A DNA stretch of 64,000 bases from the NCBI RefSeq assembly GCF_963921235.1, contig NC_086108.1, positions 4,526,001 to 4,590,000 of the forward strand, given 5' to 3'. The notes beneath the pieces are model-generated. The model was not told the origin of the DNA and did no database searches. It saw nothing but the letters and a program-made list of their open reading frames with translations. This DNA is from Mobula hypostoma. Taxonomy: Eukaryota. Both the position numbers and the translations under genes were made by a program. Below, piece by piece: positions 1 through 11,614 of the stretch. Each line of letters begins with the position of its first letter. Position 1 is the stretch's first letter.

Positions 1-339
1 GCCAATATGGCTCCCCATGTCACTGAAGCACGCAAGACTCCAAACCCTACAACAAGGCTGTGGTCCTCTTGGAGGGTGCCCTGGATGGTGGAGGTCCTTA
101 AATGATGGATGCCATCTTCTAGAGCAGGGGTCCATAGACCCCTTGGCCCATGGCACAAAAATGGTTGGTAGCCCCTGTCCTAGAGGAACTGGCTGAATCT
201 ACAACCCTCTGCAGCTTTTTCAGGTGTGGAGCCTCCGTACCTGATGATGATACAAGCAGTCAGAATGCTGTCCACCGTCAGAGTGCTGTGGAAGTCTGTC
301 GGAACAGACCTTGTTTTGTTGTTGTTTATTATGTTCTGT

Positions 340-705
340 GTTGTTCTGCCGAGCCAGTGGGGAAAATGCTATGCCTTTCCTTTGGCTCTTGGTAGGGTCA
401 CCCATGCCAAACTGACCTGTAGAGGCCAGACTTAAGAGCGGTTCATCAGTCTTCCAGGTTTGGGGTTCAGCTCCGGACTAACAACCCTGACCGGTCAAAC
501 AAAATTGTTACGGAAACAGCAATGAAGAATCCTTCTACATCTGAGTGTGACGGTATTCCTGAGTCTCCACCTGGGACTTGCATGACTGACAGTAGTGAAA
601 ACCGAGAGGAAGCTACTGACAAGATGAAGGAAGCCCTGAACACCACCAGAGATGGAGGACCTTCATTGCTGCCCTAAACACCAGTGGTGTAACAGGCAGC
701 AAGTT
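340..705 (+). mobile_element. Non-autonomous RTE-type short element (family A)
   Basis: Shares sequence with 1-76, 14714-15113 and 25045-25390. It has an RTE-like 5' block (gggttcagctc...ctaacaaccc) joined to an RTE-like 3' end (R.RWRTFIAALN). Confidence 0.6.
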
Positions 706-964
706 TAACATATACATGATAAATATACTTGATCTTGAATCTTGCTGCAGTCCCTGGTGACATCCCAAATCTCCTCAAACTCCTAATAAAATATGGTCGC
801 AGCTGTGCCTTCTTTGCTGTGGTGTCAATATGTTGGGACCAAACGATCTCTGCCTCACAGGTTGGCTGAGAAATAAATATTGGCGTGAGGGAGAGTTAGC
901 TGTGAAATTGTGTTGTAGCGTCTACTGTGTGGATGGGGAGGGATGGCCTTGACCTGAGTGTATT

Positions 965-1985
965 ATGTTCAAAGTTCAAAGTAATATGTTTATCAAAGTA
1001 CAAATACTGTATATGACATTATGCTTCCCTGAGATTCATGCTCTTGCAGACATTTATTGGGAGAACTACAGAAATGCGAGAGAATTTACAAAAAAGATCC
1101 TAGGTAAACAGAGACGGACAAATAACCACTGTGCAAAAGAAGACAAACTGCAAATACGAAATTAATACTGAGAACACGAGGTGTAAAGAGTCCTTGGAAA
1201 TGAGTCATATTTATTTCTCAGTTCAGAGTTGTGGTGAGTGAAGTTATCCACACTGGTTCAGGAGCCTGATGGTTGTGGGGTGATAACTGTTCCTGAACCT
1301 GGTGGTGTGGGACCTGAGGCTCATTGTGGTGAGTGAAGTTATCCACACTGGTTCAGGAGGCTGATGGTTGTGGGGTAATAACTGTTCCTGAACCTGGTGG
1401 TGTGGGACCTGAGGCTCATTGTGGTGAGTGAAGTTATCCACACTGGTTCAGGAGCCTGATGGTTGTGGGGTGATAACTGTTCCTTAACCTGCTGGTGTGG
1501 GACCTGAGGCTCATTGTGGTGAGTGAAGTTATCCACACTGGTTCAGGAGCCTGATGGTTGTGGGGTGATAATTGTTCCTGAACCTGGTGGTGTGGGACCT
1601 GAGGCTCATTGTGGTGAGTGAAGTTATCCACACTGGTTCAGGAGCCTGATGGTTGTGGGGTAATAACTGTTCCTGAACCTGGCGGTGTGGGTTGTGTACC
1701 TCCTGCCGATGGTTGTACAGGCGAAAAGAGAACGTGTGCTGGATGGTGGAGATCTTTGATGGTGGGTGCTTCTTCCTTGCGGCAGCTCTGTATGTGAATA
1801 TACACAGTGGTGAAGAGGACTTTGCCCGTGATGGACTGGACAGTTTCCTCCACTTGCTTGATGCGGAGCACTGCTGGAGTACCATAGTCTTTGGTGAGAA
1901 CTGGATGATTGTTGTGCACTCTCGCTATCAGGAACTGTAAAATGTAGCCAACGTCATCAGTGGGTAGGTCCTCCAGCTGCAACCG
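965..1985 (-). mobile_element. Rex1/Babar-type LINE 3' fragment containing a 95-bp array
   Basis: Minus-strand frames give IKDLHHPAHVLFS and TTRFRNSYYPTTIRLLN, typical of the Rex1/Babar C-terminus; 3' tail is (ttgaac)-like. Confidence 0.75.
1229..1689. repeat. 95-bp tandem repeat, about 5 copies
   Basis: Unit gtggtgagtgaagttatccacactgg...gggacctgaggctcatt; the ORF track repeats with a 95-bp period. Confidence 0.95.
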
Positions 1986-2607
1986 TTCGGCAAGGAATGG
2001 GGTTCAATTTTCAGGGCTCTGGGCATTCCCCTGACTCAGTACTGCTGCCCCTCACCCCCAACATCCACCAGTCCCTCCAGAGGTACATACGGAGATGGGA
2101 AACTGATACAGAAATCTAAACCATTATGTCCACCTCTCGACTCTCACCCATCACCCTTAACCAAACCCCCACCCCTCCCGTCCTGTCCCCACCACCCCAT
2201 CCAATTGTCAAAGCGCCTTTGGAATGTCCTGCCCCCTTTGTGGCATGTTAGATGAGGAGACCCCACTATAGTTCTAGAGATCTTGGCCCAGTCAGGGCCA
2301 ATGTGCCCAAGGCTGAGATGGCCGATAGGAAGCCATTCGGGCCATTGCTCCTTGGTGTTGATTGTGGGTTGTCCCCTCAGGAAGAGCTACTCCTGCCCAT
2401 CCATGGGTTCACTGACACCAACCGGAGATGGGCTCTCCGTCTCTCCCTCAGTACTGCAGGATACCCTGCATACCCGAAGCTCTGGAGGGGGGCAGAAAGG
2501 GGTTTGCACACGTTCTCTTTTTGACTTGAAAGGTGGGTAAGGGGTTAGCAAGAAGCATGGAGGTTTCCCCAGTGGAAACTCTGCCCCTGTAAGACAGGAT
2601 CCAAACC

Positions 2608-5600
2608 CCATAGGACAAAGGAGGAGGAGAAGCCCATCAAGTCTGCTTCACCATTCCATCGTGGCTGATTTATTATTCCTCTCAACCCCATTCTCCAGCC
2701 TTCTCCCCCATGACCTCTAATCAAGAACTTACCACTCTTCACGTTAAATAAGCCCAATGGCTCAGCCTCCACAGCCATTGTGGCAATGAGTTTCACCACC
2801 CTCTCACTAAAGAACTTCCTCATTTTTATTCTAATGGACATCCTTCTATTCTGAGGCTGTGCCCTCTGGTCCTAGACTCCCTCATCATAGGAAACATCCT
2901 CTCCACATCAACCCTATCTGTGCCCTCTGGTCCTAGACTCTCTCATCATAGGAAACATCCTCTCCACATCCACTCTATCTGTGTCCTCTGGTCCTAGACT
3001 CCCTCACTATAGGAAACATCCTTTCCACATCCACTCTATCCATGTCCTCTGGTCCTAGACTCTCTCATCATAGGAAACATCCTCTCCACATCCACTCTAT
3101 CTGTGTCCTCTGGTCCTCGACTCCCTCACTATAGGAAACATCCTCTCCACGTCCACTCTATCTGTGCCCTCTGGTCCTAGACTCCCTCATCATAGGAAAC
3201 GTCCTCTCCATATCCACTCTATCTGTGCCCTCTGGTCTGGGACTCTCCCATCATAGGAAACATCCTCCCCACATCCACCTCTATCTGTGTCCTCTGGTCT
3301 TAGACTCCCCCCACCATAGGAAACATCCTCTCCACATCCACTCTATCTGTGCCCTCTGGTCCTAGACTCCCCCACTATAGGAAACATCCTCTCCGCATCC
3401 ACTCTAACTGTGCCCTCTGGTCCTAGACTCCCTCACTATAGGAAACATCCTCTCCACATCCACTCTATCTGTGCCCTCTGGTCCTAGACTCCCCCACTAT
3501 AGGAAACATCCTCTCCGCATCCACTCTAACTGTGCCCTCTGGTCCTAGACTCCCTCACTATAGGAAACATCCTCTCCACATCCACTCTATCTGTGCCCTC
3601 TGGTCCTAGACTCCCTCACTATAGGAAACATCCTCTCCGCATCCACTCTAACTGTGCCCTCTGGTCCTAGACTCCCTCACTATAGGAAACATCCTCTCCA
3701 CATCCACTCTATCTGTGCCCTCTGGTCCTAGACTCCCCCACTATAGGAAACATCCTCTCCACATCCACTCTATCCATGTCCTCTGGTCCTAGACTCTCTC
3801 ATCATAGGAAACATCCTCTCCACATCCACTCTATCTGTGTCCTCTGGTCCTCGACTCCCTCACTATAGGAAACATCCTCTCCACGTTCACTCTATCTGTG
3901 CCCTCTGGTCCTAGACTCCCTCATCATAGGAAACGTCCTCTCCATATCCACTCTATCTGTGCCCTCTGGTCTGGGACTCTCCCATCATAGGAAACATCCT
4001 CCCCACATCCACCTCTACCTGTGTCCTCTGGTCTTAGACTCCCCCCACCATAGGAAACATCCTCTCCACATCCACTCTATCTGTGCCCTCTGGTCCTAGA
4101 CTCCCCCACTATAGGAAACATCCTCTCCGCATCCACTCTAACTGTGCCCTCTGGTCCTAGACTCCCTCACTATAGGAAACATCCTCTCCACATCCACTCT
4201 ATCTGTGCCCTCTGGTCCTAGACTCCCCCACTATAGGAAACATCCTCTCCGCATCCACTCTAACTGTGCCCTCTGGTCCTAGACTCCCTCACTATAGGAA
4301 ACATCCTCTCCACATCCACTCTATCTGTGCCCTCTGGTCCTAGACTCCCCCACTATAGGAAACATCCTCTCCACATCCACTCTATCCATGTCCTCTGGTC
4401 CTAGACTCTCTCATCATAGGAAACATCCTCTCCACATCCACTCTATCTGTGTCCTCTGGTCCTCGACTCCCTCACTATAGGAAACATCCTCTCCACGTTC
4501 ACTCTATCTGTGCCCTCTGGTCCTAGACTCCCTCATCATAGGAAACGTCCTCTCCATATCCACTCTATCTGTGCCCTCTGGTCTGGGACTCTCCCATCAT
4601 AGGAAACATCCTCCCCACATCCACCTCTACCTGTGTCCTCTGGTCTTAGACTCCCCCCACCATAGGAAACATCCTCTCCACATCCACTCTATCTGTGCCC
4701 TCTGGTCCTAGACTCCCCCACTATATGAAACATCCTCTCCGCATCCACTCTAACTGTGCCCTCTGGTCCTAGACTCCCTCACTATAGGAAACATCCTCTC
4801 CACATCCACTCTATCTGTGCCCTCTGGTCCTAGACTCCCCCACTATAGGAAACATCCTCTCCGCATCCACTCTAACTGTGCCCTCTGGTCCTAGACTCCC
4901 TCACTATAGGAAACATCCTCTCCACATCCACTCTATCTGTGCCCTCTGGTCCTAGACTCCCCCACTATAGGAAACATCCTCTCCACATCCACTCTATCCA
5001 TGTCCTCTGGTCCTAGACTCTCTCATCATAGGAAACATCCTCTCCACATCCACTCTATCTGTGTCCTCTGGTCCTCGACTCCCTCACTATAGGAAACATC
5101 CTCTCCACGTTCACTCTATCTGTGCCCTCTGGTCCTAGACTCCCTCATCATAGGAAACGTCCTCTCCATATCCACTCTATCTGTGCCCTCTGGTCTGGGA
5201 CTCTCCCATCATAGGAAACATCCTCCCCACATCCACCTCTACCTGTGTCCTCTGGTCTTAGACTCCCCCCACCATAGGAAACATCCTCTCCACATCCACT
5301 CTATCTGTGCCCTCTGGTCCTAGACTCCCCCACTATAGGAAACATCCTCTCCGCATCCACTCTAACTGTGCCCTCTGGTCCTAGACTCCTTCACTATAGG
5401 AAACATCCTCTCCACATCCACTCTATCTGTGCCCTCTGGTCCTAGACTCCCCCACTATAGGAAACATCCTCTCCGCATCCACTCTAACTGTGCCCTCTGG
5501 TCCTAGACTCCCTCACTATAGGAAACATCCTCTCCACATCCACTCTAACTGTGCCCTCTGGTCCTAGACTCCCTCACTATAGGAAACATCCTCTCCACAT

Positions 5601-6267
5601 CCACTCTATCCATGTCCTCTGGTCCTAGACTCTCTCATCATAGGAAACATCCTCTCCACATCCACTCTATCTGTGTCCTCTGGTCCTCGACTCCCTCACT
5701 ATAGGAAACATCCTCTCCACGTTCACTCTATCTGTGCCCTCTGGTCCTAGACTCCCTCATCATAGGAAACGTCCTCTCCATATCCACTCTATCTGTGCCC
5801 TCTGGTCTTGGACTCTCCCATCATAGGAAACATCCTCCCCACATCCACCTCTACCTGTGTCCTCTGGTCTTAGACTCCCCCCACCATAGGAAACATCCTC
5901 TCCACATCCACTCTATCTGTGCCCTCTGATCCTAGACTCCCCCCAACATAGGAAACATCCTCTCTACATCCACTCTAGCTAGGCCTTTAGATTTTCAATA
6001 GGTTTCAATGAGATCCCCCGAAATTCTTCTAAACTCCAGCAAGTACAGACTGAGAGCCATCAAACGCTCCTCATATGATAATCCTTTGATTCTCGGGATG
6101 ATTCTGATGTACCCCCTCTGCTCCTTCTCCAATGACAGCACATCCTTTTGTAGGTAAGGGACCAAAATGGCTCACAATACTCCAAGTGTGGTCTGAGCAA
6201 AGCCTTATAAAGCCTCAGCATTACGTCCTTGCTTTTATATTCCAGTCCTCTTGAAATGAATGCTAGC
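2608..6267 (-). mobile_element. CR1 LINE 3' fragment split by an internal 61-bp array
   Basis: CR1 3' UTR at about 2608-2850; the ORF2 C-terminal sequence resumes at about 5980-6267 and is homologous to the other CR1 copies at 35160-35815 and 45455-46190. Confidence 0.85.
2857..5977. repeat. 61-bp tandem array, about 51 copies, with ~612-bp higher-order repeat
   Basis: Unit tgtgccctctggtcctagactccctcactataggaaacatcctctccacatccactctatc. The variant catgtcc recurs at 3041, 3775, 4387, 4999 and 5611. Confidence 0.97.
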
Positions 6268-6384
6268 CCGTTGAGTACGTGGCTATCTCCTACCCTCCTG
6301 GGTCAGAGGCACAGGCCTGGGGCCAATAAAGCAGGTGTGTCACCTCTCTCTGCCTCATATTGATTCTTGCATAATGTCCCCCAG

Positions 6385-6513
6385 CCAGGAAAGCTCCCGA
6401 TGGAAGCATCATTCCGAACACCTATTGCGATTTCTGTCTGGGTGGGACTTCTGGGAACAAGAAGACAGGGTTTCCTGAAGATCTCATTTCCTGTGCGGAT
6501 TGCGGGCGCTCCG
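6385..6513 (+). CDS. DPF1: DPF1 internal coding exon, first half of PHD1 ([43 protein letters not shown])
   Basis: Manual translation matches the d4-family motif (human DPF1 recalled as [21 protein letters not shown]...[14 protein letters not shown]). Acceptor cccccag| and donor |gtgagt; 129 nt, phase 1 to phase 1. Confidence 0.93.
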
Positions 6514-6954
6514 GTGAGTTTCAGTTGATTTACCTTCGCTCGGGCCCCCTGCCAGCACCACCTGTGCCCCCCCCAAACCATCTCCTCCGCCGGTCCCCTT
6601 TCACCATCCCCCTCCCCCCTCCTTCAATGCCCACCTCCCATGGCACCATCCAGAGGCAGAGGATGGGGCGTAGGGAGTCTCGGAATGCCAAAGGAGCTGG
6701 ATAGGAAGTGTAGAGTGAGCGGGGGGAGCTGTTGGCTGGCAGGCCTGGTGCTGAGGTGGATGGGTAATTTGAGCACGATCTGCAAGGAAGGGCCAGCATT
6801 CAGTAATTCAAAGTGAATTTATTACCGAAGGACGTAATGCCACCTGATGCTGCCTTGAGATTCATTTTCTTGCAGGCATTTACAGGAAAATAAAGAAATA
6901 CAATTGAATTAATGAAAAGCTATGCATAAACTGACAAGCAACCAATGTGCAAAT

Positions 6955-7235
6955 GAGCATGGTAGTGTAGTGGTTAGCACAGTGCTTTACAGTACCGATA
7001 AGCGGGATCAATTCCCACCACTGTCTGTAAGGAGTTTGTACGTTCTCCCCGTGACCACGTGGGTTTCCTCTGGGTGCTCCGGTTTCCTCCCACAGTCCAA
7101 AGGTGTACTGGTTAGTAGGTGAATTGGTCTTGTAAATTGTCCCGTTATTAGAGAAGGGCTAATTTAGAGGATTACTATTGGGGGGGGAGGGGCACGGTTT
7201 AAAGGGTTGGAAAAGCTTATTCCACGCTTTATCTC
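6955..7235 (+). mobile_element. tRNA-derived V-SINE (HE1-like)
   Basis: Head ggtagtgtagtggttagc (A box) and V-domain gggtttcctctgggtgctccggtttcctcccacagtccaaag. Confidence 0.8.
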
Positions 7236-7751
7236 AACAAATAAATAAAAATGTGCAAATAAACAAATAAATAATACTGAGAACATGAGTTGTCAAGTCC
7301 TTGAAAGTGAGTCTGTAGGTTGTTGTGGTGCGTGAAGTTATCCACACTGGTTCAGGAGCCTGATGGTTGTGGGGTAATAACTGTTCCTGAACCTGGTGGT
7401 GTGGGACCTGAGGCTCATTGTGGTGAGTGAAGTTATCCACACTGGTTCAGGAGCCTGATGGTTGTGGGGTAATAACTGTTCCTGAACCTGGTGGTGTGGG
7501 ACCTGAGGCTGCTGTACCTCCTGCACGAAGGTAGTAGCAGGAAGAGAGCATGGTCTGGATGGTGGGTGGCTTTGATGATGGTTGCTGCTTTCTTGTGGCA
7601 GTGTTCCTTGTAGGTGTGCTGAATGGTGGGAGGGGCTTTTCCTGTGATGGATTGGGCTGTACACACTTCTGTAGTCTATTTGGTTCTTGGGAACTGGTGT
7701 TTCCATACCTTGCCGTGACACAATCTGTAGAATGTATCTATAGAATATGTA

Positions 7752-7875
7752 GCAGTCCTGATGAAGGGTCTCGGCCCAAATCATCAGCTGCCTGATCTGC
7801 TGAGCTCCTCCAGCGTTGTGTGTGTGTGTGCATCACTCTGGATTTCCAGCATCTGCAGAATCTCTTGTGCTTCTA
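7752..7875 (+). mobile_element. Penelope-type terminal repeat with a degenerate hammerhead
   Basis: cagtcCTGATGAagggtctcggccc followed by aaa (GAAA and cleavage site lost), then the same 3' block seen at 23940-24025. Confidence 0.65.
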
Positions 7876-9216
7876 GAAGTTTGTCAAAGTTGTCACGGTG
7901 AGACTCAGGGATGTGCGGGGGATCCCCTGGATCCTAGCTCGGTGCCACCTTACTGTGGTGATCTCCGATGGAGCCTGGGGCTGTTTGAGGGCAGCCCCCA
8001 ACTCCATTCCCTGCCAAGCCTCAGTGTACCTCTCTCTAGAGCCTTCCTCCAACCTCACGCCCAGCAAGGATTTTTGCGGTACAGGGAATGCAGTGGGCTT
8101 GTGAACTCTGCAAGGTTCTATAACAACCACGTGGTGAAGGACACACCATCTAGCTCTGGAGAGACATTGATCGCAGGGTCCTGGAGAGAACCCCCCCTCC
8201 CCCACCACCACCAACTCTCATTCATAATGGTGGCCTAACCAACCACCCCAAAGATGAGGTGCCAAGATGGCGTCGAGCTGCAGTTTCTGTCAAGTTCGTG
8301 ACCACAAGACATAAGAGCAGAATTAGGCCACTTAGCCCATTGAGTCTGCACCGCCATTCATTATGGTCAATCCATTTCCCTGTCAGCCCCAATCTCCTGC
8401 CTTCTCCCCGTATCCCTTCATGCTCTGACCAATCAAGAATCTATCAACCTCTGCCTTAAATACACCTAATGACTTGGCCTCCACAGCTGCCTGTGGCAAC
8501 AAATTCCACAGACTCACCACTCTGGCTAGAGAAATTACTCCCAATCTCCGTTCTAAATGGACATGGTTGTTTCTTTAGTTTCGTAGGGATGGTTTTGGAA
8601 CAGAGGGGGGTTAGAGATCAGGTTAGAGTTTAGAGACAAGGATGTGGGGGAGATAGTGGACATGCCAGCATCCAAGCCTCGGCTCCATTTTGGAAGGTCA
8701 GCAACGTGGACATGGTCGGATGTCAGCAGACCAATGAGAAACAGGGGCCGGCGACTGCCCCTTGGGATGTGAATCGTGAGGTCAGAGTTCAAGGCCTAGT
8801 GCTGGGCATCACATCATCGGAGAGTCTGGAGTTTTGGGTTCCTCATCCAGGGCCCTCATTCATCATTATGGTGAGTCCCGGGGTCGATACCAAAGACTGA
8901 GGTGCAAAGGTCAATCAGAGGTCAAGATCAAAGCCCGAAGAATGATCAGAAGCCCAGAGGCCAAGGCCCAATGACTAGAGCCCTGAGTCTGTGAACCTCT
9001 GCAAGACTGTTGGGAAAGTCAAAGGCCCGTTAGTCTACTGGAGGCTGGAGGCCAAAGCAGATGGGCAGCCCTGGGGTTAGCTTGGCTGGGTGGGAGGAAT
9101 GGGGATTGTTTTGTTGTTGTTGTCTTGTTGCTTGGTGTGTTCTGTGTTTCGCCAAGCATTGTAGGCATGCTGTGTTGATGCTGGAATATGTAGCAACACT
9201 AATAGGCTGTTCTCGG

Positions 9217-9810
9217 CTCAAAGTTCAAAGTAAATGTTATTTTCAGAGTACGTATATGTCACCATATACAACCCTGAGATTCATTTTCCTGTGGGCATAC
9301 TCAGCAAATCTATAGAGTAGTAACTATAACAGGATCAATGAAAGATCAACCAGAGTGCAGAAGACAACAAACTGTGCAAATGCAAATATAAATAAATAGC
9401 AATAAATAATGAGAACATGAGATAAAGAGTCCTTAAAGTGAGATAGTTGGTTGCAGGAACATTTCAAATGATGGGGCAAGTGAGTGTACTTATCCCCTTT
9501 TATTCAAGAGACTGATGGTTAAGGGGTATTATTTGTTCCTGAACCTGGTGGTGCGAGTCCTGAGGCTCCTGTACCTCCTACCTGATGGCAGCAGCAAGAA
9601 GAGAGCATGGCCTGGGTGAGGATCTTTGATGATGGATGCTGCTTTCCCACGACAGCTCAAAGGTGGGGAGGTCTTTACCCTTGATAGACTGGGCCGAACC
9701 TACTACCTTTTGTAGGATTTTCCGTTCAGAGGGATTGGTGTTTCCATACCAGGCTGTGATGCAGCCAGTCAATATACTATCCACCACACATCTTTAGAAG
9801 TTTGTCATTG
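9217..9810 (-). mobile_element. Rex1/Babar-type 3' fragment without array expansion
   Basis: ORF 9578-9787 reads SILTGCITAWYGN...ERKILQKVV; tail shared with 13455-13730 and 38208-38500. Confidence 0.8.
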
Positions 9811-10139
9811 TTAACTTAAAGTCAGAGATCACTGCAGCACAGAAGCCGGCCCAGGTCCGTGCTGAGATTGCGTTGGCTGTTAATGCAAACGATGCATTTC
9901 ACTGTATGTTTCGATGTAGATGGGACAGAAAACCCTGAATCTGAATGAAAGAACAGGCACTGTTTAACGTCTACTACGTATCTCTCTGGCGCTACCGCCG
10001 ACCTGCCGTATTTCAGTGGCAAATCAACCTTTAACCCCTGAGGTGGGAGTTGAACCCCCAACCTTTGGTATGGGACGATCCAACCATGACACAGCTAACT
10101 GTGGTCAGCCAGTTAACTTGCTGCTCCGTTATCCTCACT

Positions 10140-10800
10140 GGGAGGGCTGTAGGGACTGGAGGGGCTTATGGAGAGTGGGAGGGGTGTAGGGACTGGAGGG
10201 GCTTATGGACAGTGGGAGGGGTGTAGGGTCCAGAAGGGGTTATAGAGACCAGGATGGCTGTAGGGACTGGAGGGGCTTATGGAGAGTGGGAGGGGTGTAA
10301 GGACCATAAGGGGTTATAGAGACCAGGATGGGTGTAGGGACCAGAGGGGGTTATAGAGGATGGGAGGGGTGTAGGGACCAGAGGGGGTTATAGAAACCAG
10401 GATGGGTGTAGGGACCAGAGGGGGTTATAGAGAATGGGAGGGGTGTAGGGACCAGAGGGGGTTATAGAGACCAGGATGGGTGTAGGGACCAGCGGGGGTT
10501 ATAGAGAATGGGAGGGGTGTAAGGACCAGAGGGGGTTATAGAGACCAGGATGGGTGTAGGGACCAGAGGGGGTTATAGAGAATGGGAGGGGTGTAGGAGC
10601 TGGAGAGGGTATAAAGAGAATGGGATGGGTGTAGGGACCAGAGGGGGTTATAGAGAATGGGAGGGGTGTAGGGACCAGAGGGGGTTATAGAGACCAGGAT
10701 GGGTGTAGGGACCAGAGGGGGTTATGGAGATAGGGAGGTCGTAGGGGCTGGAGGGAGTTATAGAGAATTTGTGGAGTGTAGGTGTGTGGGGATTACAGAG
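10140..10800. repeat. G-rich ~37-bp minisatellite
   Basis: Unit gggaggggtgtagggaccagagggggttatagagaat, alternating with a ...gagaccaggatgggtg variant. Confidence 0.9.
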
Positions 10801-11614
10801 ACAGGGAAATGCCGGAGCAGGAATTTAACCAAGTGTAACTCCACTCTCTCCTCCTGGGGAACGTCCATTTCGCTGTGCTGGAGGAGGGCTACGGGAGATG
10901 GACCAGGCTGGAAGCCAGCTCGGTTCAGCGGCCTTCCCCTTTAAGAGTGCCGTTACAGAAGGAATGTGATTTAAAGCAGATCTCTGTTGCACACTGAGGA
11001 CGTTACATGCTGAAATATTTAGCGGGGTTGCATCTGAGGTCGTGCAACTGGCAGGAGCACGTCCAGCAACTGACTGGAGCCTGGGATTAGCATCTCGTGA
11101 AGGAAAGTGATGCCTGGCTGTTTCTGATCTCTGGAGTTCATTTGGTGGAAGGAATGTTCCAAAAAAAAATGGTCTAATGGGACGAGAGGCGGCAGCCCCT
11201 GTAAACCAGAGGAGGCTAACAGTTTGGCACAACTGTTTTGGATCAGGACAGATTAAAATAATCCAGAGTTTTACTTGAAACGATGTGGTCAGGCTCCAGG
11301 GACAATTCTGCCCCACTGACTCCCCGTGTCTGATGGGCTGCAGGTTTCTGGGGTGTGACACCCCCTGTGTTGAGAGGGTTCGCAGCCCAGCCCCCCGCTG
11401 CCAGCTCCCAGCAAACAATCACGAGTTTGGGCTGGGAATCTAACCTGGTCCCTGGGAATTCTGTGGGATGAGGTGTGAGGGGTACAGGGGCCGGGGAGGG
11501 GGCATCACACAGATGGGGAGGAATATAGGGGTTTAGAGGGGCGTCACAGATGAGGAAGAGGTAACAGACGGCTGGGGTATAGCACCAAGGGAGTTCACAG
11601 TGACAGAGTGTTGT

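Larger units (their letters stand above)
6825..7895 (-). mobile_element. Rex1/Babar-type 3' fragment with two 95-bp units, interrupted by a V-SINE and a Penelope-type terminus
   Basis: ORF 7433-7666 reads HHPDHALFLLLPSCRRYSSLRSHTTRFRNSYYPTTIRLLN. Confidence 0.75.

Noticed and set aside
340..705. HDV-like or twister ribozyme in the RTE-type elements (also 15625-16000)
   Set aside because: I could not build the required pseudoknots by eye; only a simple gggtt...aaccc hairpin is visible. An Infernal search would settle it.
2857..5977. ctcactatagg in many monomers resembles the T7 promoter end (vector contamination)
   Set aside because: The upstream TAATACGA is missing, and the monomer is plainly CR1 ORF2 sequence embedded in a CR1 copy.
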